Part shown: positions 62,938 through 64,000 of the stretch, in pieces
Position numbering within the stretch: the first letter of the stretch is position 1
How the letters are laid out: every line of letters begins with the position of its first letter
Source of the DNA: Verrucomicrobiota bacterium
Lineage (GTDB): Bacteria; Verrucomicrobiota; Verrucomicrobiia; Limisphaerales; VHCN01
DNA length: 64,000 nucleotides
Reading direction: 5' to 3'
Assembly: GCA_016871675.1 (NCBI GenBank)
Contig: VHCN01000001.1
Span: 66,268-130,267 of the forward strand
Notes under the pieces: model-generated
The model's database searches: none
Seen by the model: the letters and a program-made list of their open reading frames with translations, nothing else
Told to the model about the DNA's origin: nothing
Translations under genes and position numbers: made by a program

Positions 62938-62951
62938 TCGCGCGCGTGATG

Positions 62952-64000
62952 CTAGCGGTCCACTTCCCCGAGGACAATATCCACGCTGCCGAGAATGATC
63001 ACCACGTCGGCGACGGTCTGGCCGAGGCACATGTCCTCGAGCACGGTGAGATTCACGAAGCTCGGCGGCCGCACGCGGTAGCGATACGGATTCGGCGAGC
63101 CGTCGCTGATGAGATAGAAGCCCAGCTCGCCCTTCGGCCCCTCGATGCGGCCGTAAGCCTCGCCCGCCTTCGGGCGGAAGCCGCGCAGCTTCGCCTTCGG
63201 GTCCACGATGGGGCCGGCGGGAATGTCCGCGAGCGCCCTGCGGAGAATCTTCAGTGACTCGCGCATTTCAAGCAGCCGGATCATGTAGCGGTCAAACACG
63301 TCGCCGTGCGCGCCGAGCGGCACTTTGAACTCGAAGCGGTCGTAAATGCCGTAACGGTCCACCTTGCGAATATCGTAGTTCACGCCGCTCGCGCGCAGCA
63401 TCGGGCCCGTGATGCCGGCGCTCACGGCGAGTTCCTTCGGCAGCACGCCCACGCCCTGCGTGCGCGCGATGAGGATTTCATTCTCCGACAGCAGCGCCTC
63501 GAACTCGTCGAGGAATCCCGGATGCCCCTCGACGACGGCCTTCGCCTGCTCGATCCAGCCCGCGGGCAGGTCGCACCGGCAGCCGCCGAAGCGCATGTAG
63601 TTGCACATCATCCGCGCGCCGGTGAGCGACTCGATAAGGTCGAGCGCCTTTTCGCGCTCGCGGAATGCATACATCAGCGGCGTGCCGAGCGCGCCCATGT
63701 CCTGCAGGAGAAAGCCGATGAGGCAGGTGTGATTGACGAGGCGCGTGAGTTCGGCGGTGATGACCCGGATGTATTCCGCGCGCTCGGGCACGGCGAGGCC
63801 GGCGAGCTTTTCGACCGCGAGCGCGTAGGCCCAGTTGTTCGTGAGCGAGCAGAAGTAATCGAGCCGGTCCGTGTAGGGCATCGAGCCGAGGTAGCTCGTG
63901 TTCTCGGCTATCTTCTCGTGGTTGCGGTGGAGGTAGCCGAAGACAGGCTTGAGCTTCACCACGCGCTCGCCGTCGAGCACCACGTCCATGCGGAACACGC
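62952..64000 (-). CDS. nuoD: NADH-quinone oxidoreductase subunit D (5' end outside the window)
   Basis: [19 protein letters not shown] and the C-terminus …[41 protein letters not shown] match NuoD/49 kDa. The frame is still open at the window edge. Confidence 0.95.
   Translation of the reverse strand, partial: VFRMDVVLDGERVVKLKPVFGYLHRNHEKIAENTSYLGSMPYTDRLDYFCSLTNNWAYALAVEKLAGLAVPERAEYIRVITAELTRLVNHTCLIGFLLQDMGALGTPLMYAFREREKALDLIESLTGARMMCNYMRFGGCRCDLPAGWIEQAKAVVEGHPGFLDEFEALLSENEILIARTQGVGVLPKELAVSAGITGPMLRASGVNYDIRKVDRYGIYDRFEFKVPLGAHGDVFDRYMIRLLEMRESLKILRRALADIPAGPIVDPKAKLRGFRPKAGEAYGRIEGPKGELGFYLISDGSPNPYRYRVRPPSFVNLTVLEDMCLGQTVADVVIILGSVDIVLGEVDR

Overview
High-GC, gene-dense chromosomal window. 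It holds about 55 credible protein genes and one cobalamin riboswitch. I found no rRNA or tRNA genes, no CRISPR array, and no transposase, integrase or phage genes. The gene content suggests a PVC-superphylum genome, most like Verrucomicrobiota; this is inference only. The supporting genes are a DUF1559 pseudopilin-like protein, a Planctomycete-type cytochrome c domain, several Gfo/Idh/MocA oxidoreductases (one with a Tat signal), xylose-isomerase-like TIM barrels and an IPT/TIG+DUF11 surface protein. Gene order: pheS-pheT; an ApbE / FMN-binding protein / porin operon; cysE-like; B12 riboswitch plus TonB-dependent receptor; a sugar-oxidoreductase/lactonase group; mazG; LTD-CotH; manC-like; trpA; coaX; birA; rhodanese and IscU; a cytochrome c / oxidoreductase / isomerase group; tolQ-tolR-tolA-tolB; glgC; a glmS deletion remnant; EamA transporter; HGSNAT-like acyltransferase; nadC; tandem SGNH hydrolase; an ABC exporter operon with a TPR-LysM lipoprotein; a half-size nitrite/sulfite-reductase-like gene; the IPT/TIG protein; esterase; ppk1; rpoD; purE; and a complex I operon running off the window edge. 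The most interesting locus is that operon. It lacks nuoEFG between nuoD and nuoH, carries two tandem nuoM paralogs (one missing a conserved channel lysine), has an elongated nuoL, places nuoI before nuoH, and has an uncharacterised 145-aa ORF between nuoD and nuoI. Second is the secreted FMN-binding protein / ApbE / porin operon, which encodes no electron donor and has a weak Fur-box-like site upstream. A recurring theme is gene remnants in intergenic spaces: a glmS scar, a receiver-domain stub, an amidohydrolase fragment, a YdeI-like fragment and a frameshifted lipoprotein. All start codons were chosen by eye from the ORF track. Many long ORFs in the track are antisense or off-frame artefacts typical of high-GC DNA.
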